A stretch of DNA of 64,000 nt. It comes from an uncultured bacterium (GTDB lineage: Bacteria > Babelota > Babeliae > Babelales > Vermiphilaceae). Shown here in pieces: positions 9,447 through 18,647 of the stretch; position 1 is the first letter of the stretch, and each line of letters begins with the position of its first letter. Under the pieces are notes generated by a model. That model saw only the letters and a list, made by a program, of their open reading frames with translations, made no database searches and was not told the origin of the DNA. The position numbers were made by a program, and so were the translations under genes. The DNA is taken from assembly GCA_963702025.1 (NCBI GenBank), contig OY969699.1, positions 864,001 to 928,000 on the forward strand. The letters run 5' to 3'.

Positions 9447-10396
9447 TCATACAAACTATGAATTACCTGGTCTCCACCCTCATTATTACTATAAGCGCCA
9501 TCGGAGTTGGTATTAGCCAAGGATTAACCAACCGAGCAGCTTTTAAAGCAATTGACATGCAGCCGCAATCCCGGGATGCGGTTACTAAAATTTCATTGCT
9601 CTGCTCCGCACTTATCGAGACGGCAGCAATTTTATGCGTTTTTGTTGCTGTGTTACTGTTTCTAGATACTACAACACCACTCGATGGTTCTTACAGCGAC
9701 ATAGCAAAAATTGGGATTATTTTTGCACTGGCATCCACGGGATTCACCGTAAGCTTTTTTTCATCATGGCCCGCACAAGAAGCCTGCTTGGCAACGGCCC
9801 GCCAACCGTTTATTGCACCATGGATCTTTAATCTCACTCTCATCATGCTTTCAGTAATTCAAACACCTCTTATTCTTGCCTTTATTGTTGCTTTGGGCAT
9901 TAGATCACAAGCAGCAACGGCAATAACTCTTGCTGACGGGCTACGGCTCATTGGCGCCGGGTTTGCCATAGGAATTGGTTCCATTGGCCCAACAATTGGA
10001 TTGGCTCATTTTGCCCGAACATCCTTGCAAAGCATCGCCAGCAATCGTAATGCCGCGGGCCGCATATTGCCATTTACCTTTATCTCGCAAGCAATTATTG
10101 AATCGCCTATTATTTTTGCTATGGTAACCGCTCTTATCCTGTTGTTTTACCCCATAACACTGTTAACCGGCACCGTAGGGTTGCCTCTTTTAGCGGCGGG
10201 TATAGCAGCCGGACTTGGTAATTTTGGGCCCGGCATTAGTTCCGGAAGAACTGCAGCAGCCGCGTGCAAACAGATTGGCATTAATCCCAACGCATATTCC
10301 TTGCTGGCAAATACGAGCATTTTTGCCCAAGGAGTGATAGATACCGCGGCAATCTATGTATTACTCATTTCTGTGTTAATCATTTTTTTTACTTAA
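9443..10396 (+). CDS. atpE: F0 subunit c with four fused hairpins
   Basis: Four c-like repeats with loops QPQS/RQPF/NRNA/NPNA; ion-site residues IET, IQT, IES, IDT; follows atpB. Confidence 0.85.
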   Translation: MIIQTMNYLVSTLIITISAIGVGISQGLTNRAAFKAIDMQPQSRDAVTKISLLCSALIETAAILCVFVAVLLFLDTTTPLDGSYSDIAKIGIIFALASTGFTVSFFSSWPAQEACLATARQPFIAPWIFNLTLIMLSVIQTPLILAFIVALGIRSQAATAITLADGLRLIGAGFAIGIGSIGPTIGLAHFARTSLQSIASNRNAAGRILPFTFISQAIIESPIIFAMVTALILLFYPITLLTGTVGLPLLAAGIAAGLGNFGPGISSGRTAAAACKQIGINPNAYSLLANTSIFAQGVIDTAAIYVLLISVLIIFFT

Positions 10397-10625
10397 TGCT
10401 AATTCGAGCTAAAAAACTAAAGAACAAATTGAGAAAAACCGCTCGTGGTGAGTGCAGCCGCAGGCTGCGTATCGAACCATAAAAAAATAAATTGAAAAAT
10501 ACATTAATTTTAACGGCCGCATGGATTCGATACACTCGCTTCGCTCGTTACTCACCACGAGCGGCTTAACATAGTTTCTTCTGCTGGAGTATCTTTTTTT
10601 AAATTCTTAGTTCGAGCTCACATTA
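10394..10625. mobile_element. ~230 bp palindromic MITE/REP-doublet element, copy 2
   Basis: TIRs TAATGCTAATTCGAGCTAA / TTAGTTCGAGCTCACATTA; the arm CCGCTCGTGGTGAGTGCAGCCGCAGGCTGCGTATCGAACCAT is identical to copy 1. Confidence 0.7.
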
Positions 10626-11102
10626 CTTGCTAACTGTTGGCCTAATATATGCAATAGCGGTTTTCATTTTTTCTATTTTTTGCTTGAGAATGATATCTGA
10701 TTGGTCATCTTTTTCTTCCACATAGGTGATCACATCCTCAGAGGTTTTTATAAATTGCCCCACGCTGTCCTTTAAATTTGTCAGATCAATTATTTGTCTC
10801 ATAAAATGGGTATTAGTCAGCAAAATAAGATCTGCCTGAAGATCCTGATAAAGATATGAAGTATTAAGTTGTTCTTCAGATTCTTTCAGCTTTTTTTCGT
10901 AGTCTTTTTTAAGGGATTGCACCATCTCTTCAGATTCTTTCAACTTTTTTTCATAATCTTTTTTAAGGGATTGCACTACCTCTTCGGAGTACAAAATAGG
11001 CATTTTTAGTGACCATTCTTCTTTTTTAAGCAACTCCATGGGGTAAAAATAGATCGAAAAGCTGAGAAATGAAGACAAAAATAAGGTACAATTTCTTTTC
11101 AT
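10623..11102 (-). CDS. Secreted coiled-coil hypothetical protein with 18-aa tandem repeat
   Basis: AGGAG RBS, signal peptide ..FYP-ME; SEExVQSLKKDYEKKLKE twice. Confidence 0.7.
   Translation of the reverse strand: MKRNCTLFLSSFLSFSIYFYPMELLKKEEWSLKMPILYSEEVVQSLKKDYEKKLKESEEMVQSLKKDYEKKLKESEEQLNTSYLYQDLQADLILLTNTHFMRQIIDLTNLKDSVGQFIKTSEDVITYVEEKDDQSDIILKQKIEKMKTAIAYIRPTVSK
10872..10988. repeat. 54-bp in-frame tandem repeat (about 2.2 copies)
   Basis: Units begin at 10872, 10926 and 10980. Confidence 0.85.
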
Positions 11103-11272
11103 TTTTCTCCTGGCCAATTTTTACGATTTAGAGTATAGTAGGGAAAGAGCTCATAAGAAAATAAAAATCTCACGATTCTCCAATCTTCAACGTATAGATG
11201 CAATACCCAACATTTTTATACAGCTCTTTATAGTTGTACCTCATAAACATTTTTCTTATAAAGTACGTATCA

Positions 11273-12574
11273 ATGAAAGAACAAAAAATATCGCTTTCGA
11301 CCGCTATCTTGCTCAATATGAATATAATGATCGGATCAGGAGTTCTCATCGGACCTGGTGCGTCAGCTGCCATTTCAGGCAATGCCAGTTTTTTAGCATG
11401 GCCGTTAGTGGCACTGTTGTTCTTACCCATTGTGCTTTGTACTATAGAATTAAGTAAACTTTTTCCGGGAGCCGGAGGCTTTTACCTCTATGCCAAAGAG
11501 GGGCTCAATAAAACAGCCGGTTTTGTAAGCGGTTGGCTCTACATTGTGGGTTACACCTTTGCAGCAACCGTTGAAACATTAGCCTTGCGCAACATTGTTC
11601 TCACCACCATAGGGCACAATGTTATTACGAGTAATGCTGTTATTTTTAATGGGCTCCTTATTGCCGCTGTTATCGCGTTTAACCTATTGAGCCTTAAAGT
11701 GGTAGGGAATTTCCTGAATTCCTTAACCATAGTAAAAATTTTACCGCTCTTGATTTTAATCGTGCTTCTGCCGTTTATTTTTAACCCAAGTTTTTGTATA
11801 ACAAGCACAGAACTATCATTGTTGCCGGCCTCATTGGCATTGCCAATTTTCGGCTACTTTGGTTTTGAGGCATGTGTTGGCATAAGTCATTTGATTAAAG
11901 ATAGCGAGAAGAATGCTCCGCGCGCGATTTTAATTGGTTTTTTAGGAACGGGCCTTTTATATATGCTCTTCCATTTTGGACTACTCAACCTTATGGGCGC
12001 TGAAAATCTTGCAAAACTCAATGCACCCGCATTTGCAGATTTTATTAATTTGCCGATTCCGTATCTTAAATCATTGCTCAAGATTCTGATTCCAACGGCA
12101 TCGGTTCTTATTTTTCTTGCCAGCTTGATTGCTATGATCAATTCAAATGCAATTCTTTTACAATCAATGGCGCAAGAGAAACTCCTTAAAGGATGCTCAT
12201 TTTTAACTTGGACCAATGCCTTACATCGCCCATGGGCAGCATTGGTTTTACAAGGAATTTTAGTCTTTTCAATCGCTACACTTATTCCAAGTTTAGCGTT
12301 AGTGGGTGGACTTACTATTTTGAGCGTGTTCTTATCTTTCTTGCTGCCATTTGTTTCATTACTCGTGGTTCAACTGCACAGAAAGAATACTAAAAAAGTT
12401 GTTCTCGCGATTATCGGGCTCATTATGGCCATTTTATTCAGCATCTACAGTTGGTATATTTTGAGTAATAACCCTGACTTTCATGCCGCCATGATTGAAC
12501 GGTTAACCTACACGGCAGTTTTAATGGCCGCTTTCATCGTTGGAATGCTTCTTTTTAATAGAAAAGATAAATAA
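11273..12574 (+). CDS. APC family amino acid permease
   Basis: IGSGVL.GP, PGAGGFYLYA, FGYFGFEA, KNAPRAIL; about 12 TM segments. Confidence 0.9.
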   Translation: MKEQKISLSTAILLNMNIMIGSGVLIGPGASAAISGNASFLAWPLVALLFLPIVLCTIELSKLFPGAGGFYLYAKEGLNKTAGFVSGWLYIVGYTFAATVETLALRNIVLTTIGHNVITSNAVIFNGLLIAAVIAFNLLSLKVVGNFLNSLTIVKILPLLILIVLLPFIFNPSFCITSTELSLLPASLALPIFGYFGFEACVGISHLIKDSEKNAPRAILIGFLGTGLLYMLFHFGLLNLMGAENLAKLNAPAFADFINLPIPYLKSLLKILIPTASVLIFLASLIAMINSNAILLQSMAQEKLLKGCSFLTWTNALHRPWAALVLQGILVFSIATLIPSLALVGGLTILSVFLSFLLPFVSLLVVQLHRKNTKKVVLAIIGLIMAILFSIYSWYILSNNPDFHAAMIERLTYTAVLMAAFIVGMLLFNRKDK

Positions 12575-12598
12575 TTCACAGCGAATAGCTAGTTATTA

Positions 12599-12670
12599 AA
12601 CATGGTTCGACAAGCTCAGGACGAACGGAGCGTGGAGAATCCGTTCGTGGTGAGCTTGTCGAACCATGTT
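12599..12670. repeat. Palindromic REP doublet
   Basis: CATGGTTCGACAAGCTCAGGACGAACGG...CCGTTCGTGGTGAGCTTGTCGAACCATG, near-perfect hairpin. Confidence 0.85.
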
Positions 12671-12745
12671 CATCAGCCTTGCAATTTATGAATAACTTAT
12701 TTTATGGTGAAACAAATCTAACAATACCAAAATTTAAGGAGAACT

Positions 12746-13519
12746 ATGAATATAAAATATATGCGCCTGATTGCATTTTTGGCTTTCTACTCTCTCCAAT
12801 TACCGGCACAAACAATAATCGGTATAATCAACGATAAACAGATAACAGAAGAGCAAAAAGCCCAAGAAATTCAAAAGCTGATTAAAAATGGAACAAAAGT
12901 TGATCAAATAAGTGACCAAATTTTACACCCTTCTGCGCTCATGCTTGCGGCTAATTTAGGATATGCCAAAATAGTAAAGACGCTACTCGATAATAATGCT
13001 AATGTTAATCTTCTTGATGATATCGGTGCTTCAGCTCTCTTTTATGCAGCACGCAAAGGATATCTAGAAATAGTAAAACTATTACTTTCAAAAGGTGCAA
13101 ATATAAATCTGATCACCAAACAGGGTAACAATATTCTTTTGGAAATCCTCAAAGGATATGGTGCAAATCAAGCTGAAGCAAAACAGAATAAAGACCAATT
13201 CAAAAAAAATATTTACGATATTATTGTTTTACTGGTGCAAAACGGCGCAAATATCAATGCACAAGGAGCCGCTGCTGAATTAGCCAAAACACCAATAATG
13301 TGGGCAGCCGATTGGAATAATTGGGACTTGATTAAATTCTTTATTAGCAAAAAGGCAAACCTCTGTTTAAAAGATCAAAATGGTAAAACTCTCGAAGCCC
13401 ATTTGCCTGATGCTAAAGATAAAAGATTAACAAAAGAAGAGAGCAATTTTGTTGAATGGGTAAAAAATGTTGTCCAACAAGGCAAAATCGATTGTGATTG
13501 GGTAGAAGTCAATCGATAA
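12746..13519 (+). CDS. Secreted ankyrin repeat protein
   Basis: SALMLAANLGY, SALFYAARKGYLEIVKLLLSKGANIN; signal peptide. Confidence 0.9.
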   Translation: MNIKYMRLIAFLAFYSLQLPAQTIIGIINDKQITEEQKAQEIQKLIKNGTKVDQISDQILHPSALMLAANLGYAKIVKTLLDNNANVNLLDDIGASALFYAARKGYLEIVKLLLSKGANINLITKQGNNILLEILKGYGANQAEAKQNKDQFKKNIYDIIVLLVQNGANINAQGAAAELAKTPIMWAADWNNWDLIKFFISKKANLCLKDQNGKTLEAHLPDAKDKRLTKEESNFVEWVKNVVQQGKIDCDWVEVNR

Positions 13520-13570
13520 TTTTTGATCAAGACCTAAAATTATATTTCATCTAAAAAAAGGAGAACCATA

Positions 13571-14008
13571 ATGCTTTGCCAAATTCCTGATCGCACACAG
13601 CTTGGGATTTTTATTGTTCGCATAATGCTCGGTATAATTTTTATTGCTCACGGGTGTCAAAAAGTTCTCGGGCTTTTTGGTGGCCCGGGCTTGGAAGGCT
13701 TTGCGCAATGGTCAGCGACTATGAATATACCAGCGTATCTTGCCTATCTGGGCGCCTTTTGTGAATTGATTGGTGGCATTATGCTCTTTTTAGGAATTGC
13801 TACAGAGTTGGGCGCTCTAATAATAATTCCGGTTATGCTCGGTGCCGTTTGGTTTGTTCACTGGAACCATGGTTTTTTTGCGCAAAATGGTGGCTTTGAA
13901 TATCCGTTGAGCCTTGCAATCTTTCTTTTAGCAATCGTTATTGGCGGGCCGGGAAAATGGTATTTGTGGTGCCCATGCCATGCTCTTGGTTGCACATGCA
14001 AAGAGTAA
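13571..14008 (+). CDS. DoxX family membrane protein
   Basis: RIMLGIIFIAHGCQK..FGG.GL; GGFEYPL; GPG. Confidence 0.9.
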   Translation: MLCQIPDRTQLGIFIVRIMLGIIFIAHGCQKVLGLFGGPGLEGFAQWSATMNIPAYLAYLGAFCELIGGIMLFLGIATELGALIIIPVMLGAVWFVHWNHGFFAQNGGFEYPLSLAIFLLAIVIGGPGKWYLWCPCHALGCTCKE

Positions 14009-14044
14009 AATTATAATTAGGTTACTTACACTAAGTTTCGAACA

Positions 14045-14121
14045 ATGCTTCGACGGGCTCAGCACGAACGGACTCCCCCGATCATCCTGAGTAGAAATCG
14101 TAAGATTTCGTATCGAAGGAT
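14045..14121. repeat. Palindromic REP-like doublet
   Basis: ATGCTTCGACGGGCTCAGCACGAACGG plus inverted CATCCTGAGTAGAAATCGTAAGATTTCGTATCGAAGG. Confidence 0.75.
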
Positions 14122-14127
14122 CAAATT

Positions 14128-14290
14128 CCCAGATGGCTTACCGTAGTAATCTGGATGAGGCAGTTGTTAGTGATATGAATAATAATCACCAACCGCATCA
14201 TAGAGCATTGCTCGAATTAAGTTCGTGGGTTTCATCATGGTTATCCTATTATGTTGCCTACTCCAAGATTCATGGGCGGCCACCATTTTA
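14128..14290. ncRNA. Candidate structured ncRNA, 6S RNA-like
   Basis: Non-coding ~160 nt rod: ATGGCTTACCG pairs imperfectly with CGGCCACCAT and TCTGGATGAGGCA with TGCCTACTCCAAGA; central bubble; apical stem. Confidence 0.4.
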
Positions 14291-14382
14291 ATTCTTTTTT
14301 TTCTAGTGATAGAGTTTTCTCTCATAAATCTTGCACACTAAAATAGAAATTATTCTAAGTTTGCCAAGGGGGGAGAACGTCT

Positions 14383-16875
14383 ATGCGTTGGATAAAAGAA
14401 CATTTACGTTATTTTTTAATTATCAGTTTCTTTCCCATAACTGCGATGGAAAAACCACCGGAAGAAAAAAAGGAAAAAAAGAATTCCTTAGCTTATTATA
14501 CGCAACTTCTTCCTGCACATTTTCTTTTTTCTTTGTGGCCATATATGGCTACGCCTGCACCTAATACCATTACAAAAACTGAGGATACGGTTCTGCATGC
14601 GCGTGATAATCGCGCAGACTATTTGCTGGAACAAAAAAAGACAATCAATGCTTTTAAAAAATATATACAAGAAGTTCACACGAGCGCAGATCTTCCCTAT
14701 CCACAGATTATTAATTCTCAAATCGACTATATGAAAAATCATCCTCACGAGGAGCAATATATAAAAGTGCCTAATTCATTGAGTATCGCAACGGTAGTTG
14801 ATTCAGAAGATTGCTATGAATCATTAATCACTAATCTTCAAAACAATATAGAGCAATTTAAAGAATTACCAATTACCCAAAAAGAGTCCACTATGTTACA
14901 TCTCTTTAAATGTTATATGCACAGCAACGTAATCAAACAGTTAGAAAGCCGATTGCGCAGCACAGCATCACAGGCAACTCTTTCTACCTTAATAAAGGAG
15001 ATGCTTGCACAGATGCATGTTACCATATGCGATCCTGAATCGCGGTTTTCTTTGTTGCGGTATGCGGTTATGGCCCAAGATGCTGAAATGGTTGATTTTT
15101 TAATCTTAAAGGGCGTGGATCCCAATCTTTCTGATCGCCTGGGAGTTACACCTTTAATGGTAGCGGTACAAAGTGAAAATCAAGGTATTGTACAATCGTT
15201 GCTCAATCTTAACAATATTATTGTCAATGCGCTGGATATCTACGGCTATACCGCTCTTATGTATGCGGCTAAAAACGGAAATAAAGAAATAGTAAAATTG
15301 CTTTTAAAACGAGGAGCAAATGCATGCAGGGGGGATGAAGAAAACTACAAGAATGCGTTTGTTGCTGCGGTTAAAGGTGGTTCGCGAACTATTTTAAGAG
15401 CACTTCTCAAGAAGCGTCTAGTCGGTAACAATCAAACGGCTGCAATGCATTTGGATTTTGCACTTAATAAAGCGGCACGATTGGGTAGAGAAAAAATGGT
15501 AAAAGATATTCTGAGAGCAAAATATAAATCTATTTTTAATGAAACGCAGACGAGTCTCAATCCAGATTTGTTGTTAAAGAACCGGAGTGCTCTTGCCCAC
15601 GCAATTATGAATGGACATACTGCCATTGCACAGAGGTTTATTAAATATAGTCGTGAGCGTTGTTTTTTTGGGCATCCAGCGCTTGCCGCTGCACGCAGCC
15701 TTGCTCTTTGTTGTGCCGTTCATCAGAAAATTAAATGTGACCAGCATAATAAAGAGAGCGTGCCTTATAGCAAAATCATTGACGAGTTAATAAAGGACGA
15801 GACCGACCCATTGTTGAATGCAGAATCGTATTCAGCCTGCTTGGCAGCTGCTGCCGATAATGATTTGCCTCTTTTTACCAAATTATTACAGGTGGCAGAT
15901 AAACAAAAAACAATACTGCGCGAAAAAAAAATCAAGGCTGTTGATCAAGTATTGCTTGAAGCCTCTATATTAGGCAACGAAAATGCAGTGCGTTTGGCTC
16001 TTATATCGGGAGCCAATGCAAATGTTTGTGAGGAAGAAACCGGTCGCACTCCTTTGATGAAATTAGCCGTAATGCTTGATCCCAATAATCTTACCATTTT
16101 AGATGATTTATTAATTGAAGCTGATCTTAATTGGAAAGATAATAATCACGATACGGTACTTCATCGCTTATTAAATAATAAAAATGTTGTGGCACAGGAA
16201 ATAATGTTAAAAAAGTTACTCGATGGGGGTGCGCGGCAAAGTCTTACGCAAAAAAACAAGCAAGGGAGAACACCCTTATTGGCGGCGGTAGCAAAACGTC
16301 ATGCCACAACGAGCGCATTTATTAAAACACTCTTAGAGTATGGGGCTGATCCTAATGTTGCTTCATTAGATCAAGGCAATACACCATTAATGTATGCTGT
16401 TGAAAATGGCGACTATGACATTGCGGGTATGTTGCTTGATTATGGAGCCCGGCCTAATGACGAGAATAATTCCGGGTGTGGGGCATTATCTAAAGCAGCA
16501 TTGGTTGGTGATATAAAATTAATCAATCTACTCCTGGAAAATAAAGGATCCGGGGGGCGAGCAGATTTTTACAAATTTAAAAATTCAATGTTACGGGAAG
16601 CATCTAAGGGAAATCATTGCGATTTGATCCAGACGCTCATTGATATGGGTGCCCAACTTGGTGGCAAGTCATCTTCCCACGGTAATTCTCCGCTTCATAA
16701 AGCTGCGCAAAAGCAAAATTCTGACGCAGTCAAATTATTGCTCGAAAATAAGGCGAACAACAATGCGGTAAATTTTATGTGGCAGACGCCGCTGGAAATT
16801 GCGGTGACCAATCGTGATAAAAAATCGGCAAAACTTATGATGAATGGTTCGATACGCTCGCGGAGCCTGTCCTGA
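14383..16875 (+). CDS. Large secreted ankyrin repeat protein
   Basis: Signal peptide ..ITA-MEK; many TPL/TAL ankyrin repeats. Confidence 0.9.
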   Translation: MRWIKEHLRYFLIISFFPITAMEKPPEEKKEKKNSLAYYTQLLPAHFLFSLWPYMATPAPNTITKTEDTVLHARDNRADYLLEQKKTINAFKKYIQEVHTSADLPYPQIINSQIDYMKNHPHEEQYIKVPNSLSIATVVDSEDCYESLITNLQNNIEQFKELPITQKESTMLHLFKCYMHSNVIKQLESRLRSTASQATLSTLIKEMLAQMHVTICDPESRFSLLRYAVMAQDAEMVDFLILKGVDPNLSDRLGVTPLMVAVQSENQGIVQSLLNLNNIIVNALDIYGYTALMYAAKNGNKEIVKLLLKRGANACRGDEENYKNAFVAAVKGGSRTILRALLKKRLVGNNQTAAMHLDFALNKAARLGREKMVKDILRAKYKSIFNETQTSLNPDLLLKNRSALAHAIMNGHTAIAQRFIKYSRERCFFGHPALAAARSLALCCAVHQKIKCDQHNKESVPYSKIIDELIKDETDPLLNAESYSACLAAAADNDLPLFTKLLQVADKQKTILREKKIKAVDQVLLEASILGNENAVRLALISGANANVCEEETGRTPLMKLAVMLDPNNLTILDDLLIEADLNWKDNNHDTVLHRLLNNKNVVAQEIMLKKLLDGGARQSLTQKNKQGRTPLLAAVAKRHATTSAFIKTLLEYGADPNVASLDQGNTPLMYAVENGDYDIAGMLLDYGARPNDENNSGCGALSKAALVGDIKLINLLLENKGSGGRADFYKFKNSMLREASKGNHCDLIQTLIDMGAQLGGKSSSHGNSPLHKAAQKQNSDAVKLLLENKANNNAVNFMWQTPLEIAVTNRDKKSAKLMMNGSIRSRSLS

Positions 16876-16910
16876 GCAAAGTCGAAGGGCTCGCACTCAC
16901 CATGAGCGGC
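16844..16910. repeat. Nested REP-like repeat overlapping the ankyrin gene 3' end
   Basis: MITE arm ATGGTTCGATACGCTCGC..CTCGCACTCACCATGAGCGG with a 28-bp second repeat in its loop. Confidence 0.75.
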
Positions 16911-16922
16911 TCTAACAAACTC

Positions 16923-18647
16923 TTAACCCGCCACGTCGACCATTTTTTTGTATTCACGCAAGAAACTTGCCGCAACATTAGTAGGAACCCTCGAGGTGGC
17001 AGCATGCTCAACAAGAATAACAATCGTTAACGGTTTATGATCTTTATAAGAGAAGTATCCTACAAACCAGCCGTGTTCCAAAAATTCTCTTCCTAGATCA
17101 TGTTTGTCGAGGCTGCTTGTTTGCGCAGTACTTGTTTTAGCATAAATTTTAATATCTTTAATTTGTTTCACCCGTTGTCCCGTTCCTTGGTTAACCACTC
17201 TATACATAGATTGTTGCAGGAATTTACGTGTTTCAGCGCTTATGCCTACCGGTTGCTTGATTACTTCTTCTTCCATTAAGACACGGGGAGTAACCAGAAA
17301 GCCGGTAAATATGGAAGAGATCATGCGCGCAATTTGTATCGGGGTAACCAGTAGATAGCTCTGACCGATGGCAACAGACAATGTCTCGCCCGGCCACCAT
17401 TTTTCATGTTTAACTCTTTTTTTCCATGCCGAGCTTGGAATCAAACCTTCTTTTTCGGCAAAAATAATATCCGTTTTATGTCCCAGACCAAACCGATGGG
17501 CATAATCGGTAAAAAGATCTATACTAATTTTTTTTGCCGTCTCATAAAACATAATATTACATGAATGTGCCAATGACTGCTCGACATTCAGTAAACCATG
17601 ACCGTTTCTATTGTTACACCAGTATTGTCGTCCACTAAATTCAGAAAATCCGCGACAATTCCAACAGCTCTCTTGCTGAATAATATTTGTTTCCAGCATT
17701 GCGCTGACAGTTACTAACTTAAAAATTGAGCCCGGGGGGTAACAGGCATTAAAGGCACGATTGAGGAATGGTTGTTTTTCTTGTAAGGTGCGCCAATCAT
17801 CATCTTGAATAGGCTCAAGAAAGAGTGCCGGATCAAAGTTTGGCCGAGAAAGAAGCGCTACAATATCGCCATCCTGTGGGTCCATAATAATAAATGTGCC
17901 GGTGAACTCTTCAGGAAACACTTTTTCCACAATCGTTTGCAATGAGATATCCAGCGTTGTAGTGATATTTTGCCCGGGCAGGGCCTTTTTAACCTCAGTT
18001 TCGGACAAATTTCTGCCGATCGAGTTTATGGTCTTAACTTTTTGTCCATTTTCCCCTTTTAAAGTTGATTCGCACATTTTTTCAAGTCCCATTTTTCCAT
18101 ACATCTCCATGTCCATGCGGCTCAGATAACCAAGTAGATGGCTTGCGAATGATTTAAAGGGATAATATCGTTTAAAATGGGTGCTAATAATAATATTTTT
18201 CTGATCGGCAAGGCGCTCAACTATTTGGCTTAGCTGTTCAAAAGGAATATCTTCAGCAAGTAGTAACTTTTGGTAGCGTCGTTCCGCATGCCGTAGTTGA
18301 TCAAAAAATTCTTGGTTATTCTGCAATGGTTTACCAATGATGGTTTCTATCAATGATACGGTTTGCAATTGAGTTTGCGTAAATTTTACGCTGCCAGTTC
18401 CTTGCCAGTAAATATTGGTGGTGGGGCGGTTGGTGGCAATGAGTTGATTATTGCGATCAAGAATATTGCCGCGTAATGGTGCGATAGTTTCAACGCGCAA
18501 AAAGTTTTTTTGGCTCTTTGCATAAAGATCTGATCGCAACATGATCTGTAATTGAAAAAGCCTGCCTACAATTATGAGTAAGCCCACAACAAGTGCCCAA
18601 CAAGCGGTCCTTATTTTTGGTACAAGAATAGTGGGTTGATAAATCAT
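16923..18647 (-). CDS. mrdA: Class B penicillin-binding protein 2
   Basis: RGNILDRN, RYYP, YPPGSIFK (SxxK), SCN, AIGQ, KTS, HGWFVG. Confidence 0.88.
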   Translation of the reverse strand: MIYQPTILVPKIRTACWALVVGLLIIVGRLFQLQIMLRSDLYAKSQKNFLRVETIAPLRGNILDRNNQLIATNRPTTNIYWQGTGSVKFTQTQLQTVSLIETIIGKPLQNNQEFFDQLRHAERRYQKLLLAEDIPFEQLSQIVERLADQKNIIISTHFKRYYPFKSFASHLLGYLSRMDMEMYGKMGLEKMCESTLKGENGQKVKTINSIGRNLSETEVKKALPGQNITTTLDISLQTIVEKVFPEEFTGTFIIMDPQDGDIVALLSRPNFDPALFLEPIQDDDWRTLQEKQPFLNRAFNACYPPGSIFKLVTVSAMLETNIIQQESCWNCRGFSEFSGRQYWCNNRNGHGLLNVEQSLAHSCNIMFYETAKKISIDLFTDYAHRFGLGHKTDIIFAEKEGLIPSSAWKKRVKHEKWWPGETLSVAIGQSYLLVTPIQIARMISSIFTGFLVTPRVLMEEEVIKQPVGISAETRKFLQQSMYRVVNQGTGQRVKQIKDIKIYAKTSTAQTSSLDKHDLGREFLEHGWFVGYFSYKDHKPLTIVILVEHAATSRVPTNVAASFLREYKKMVDVAG

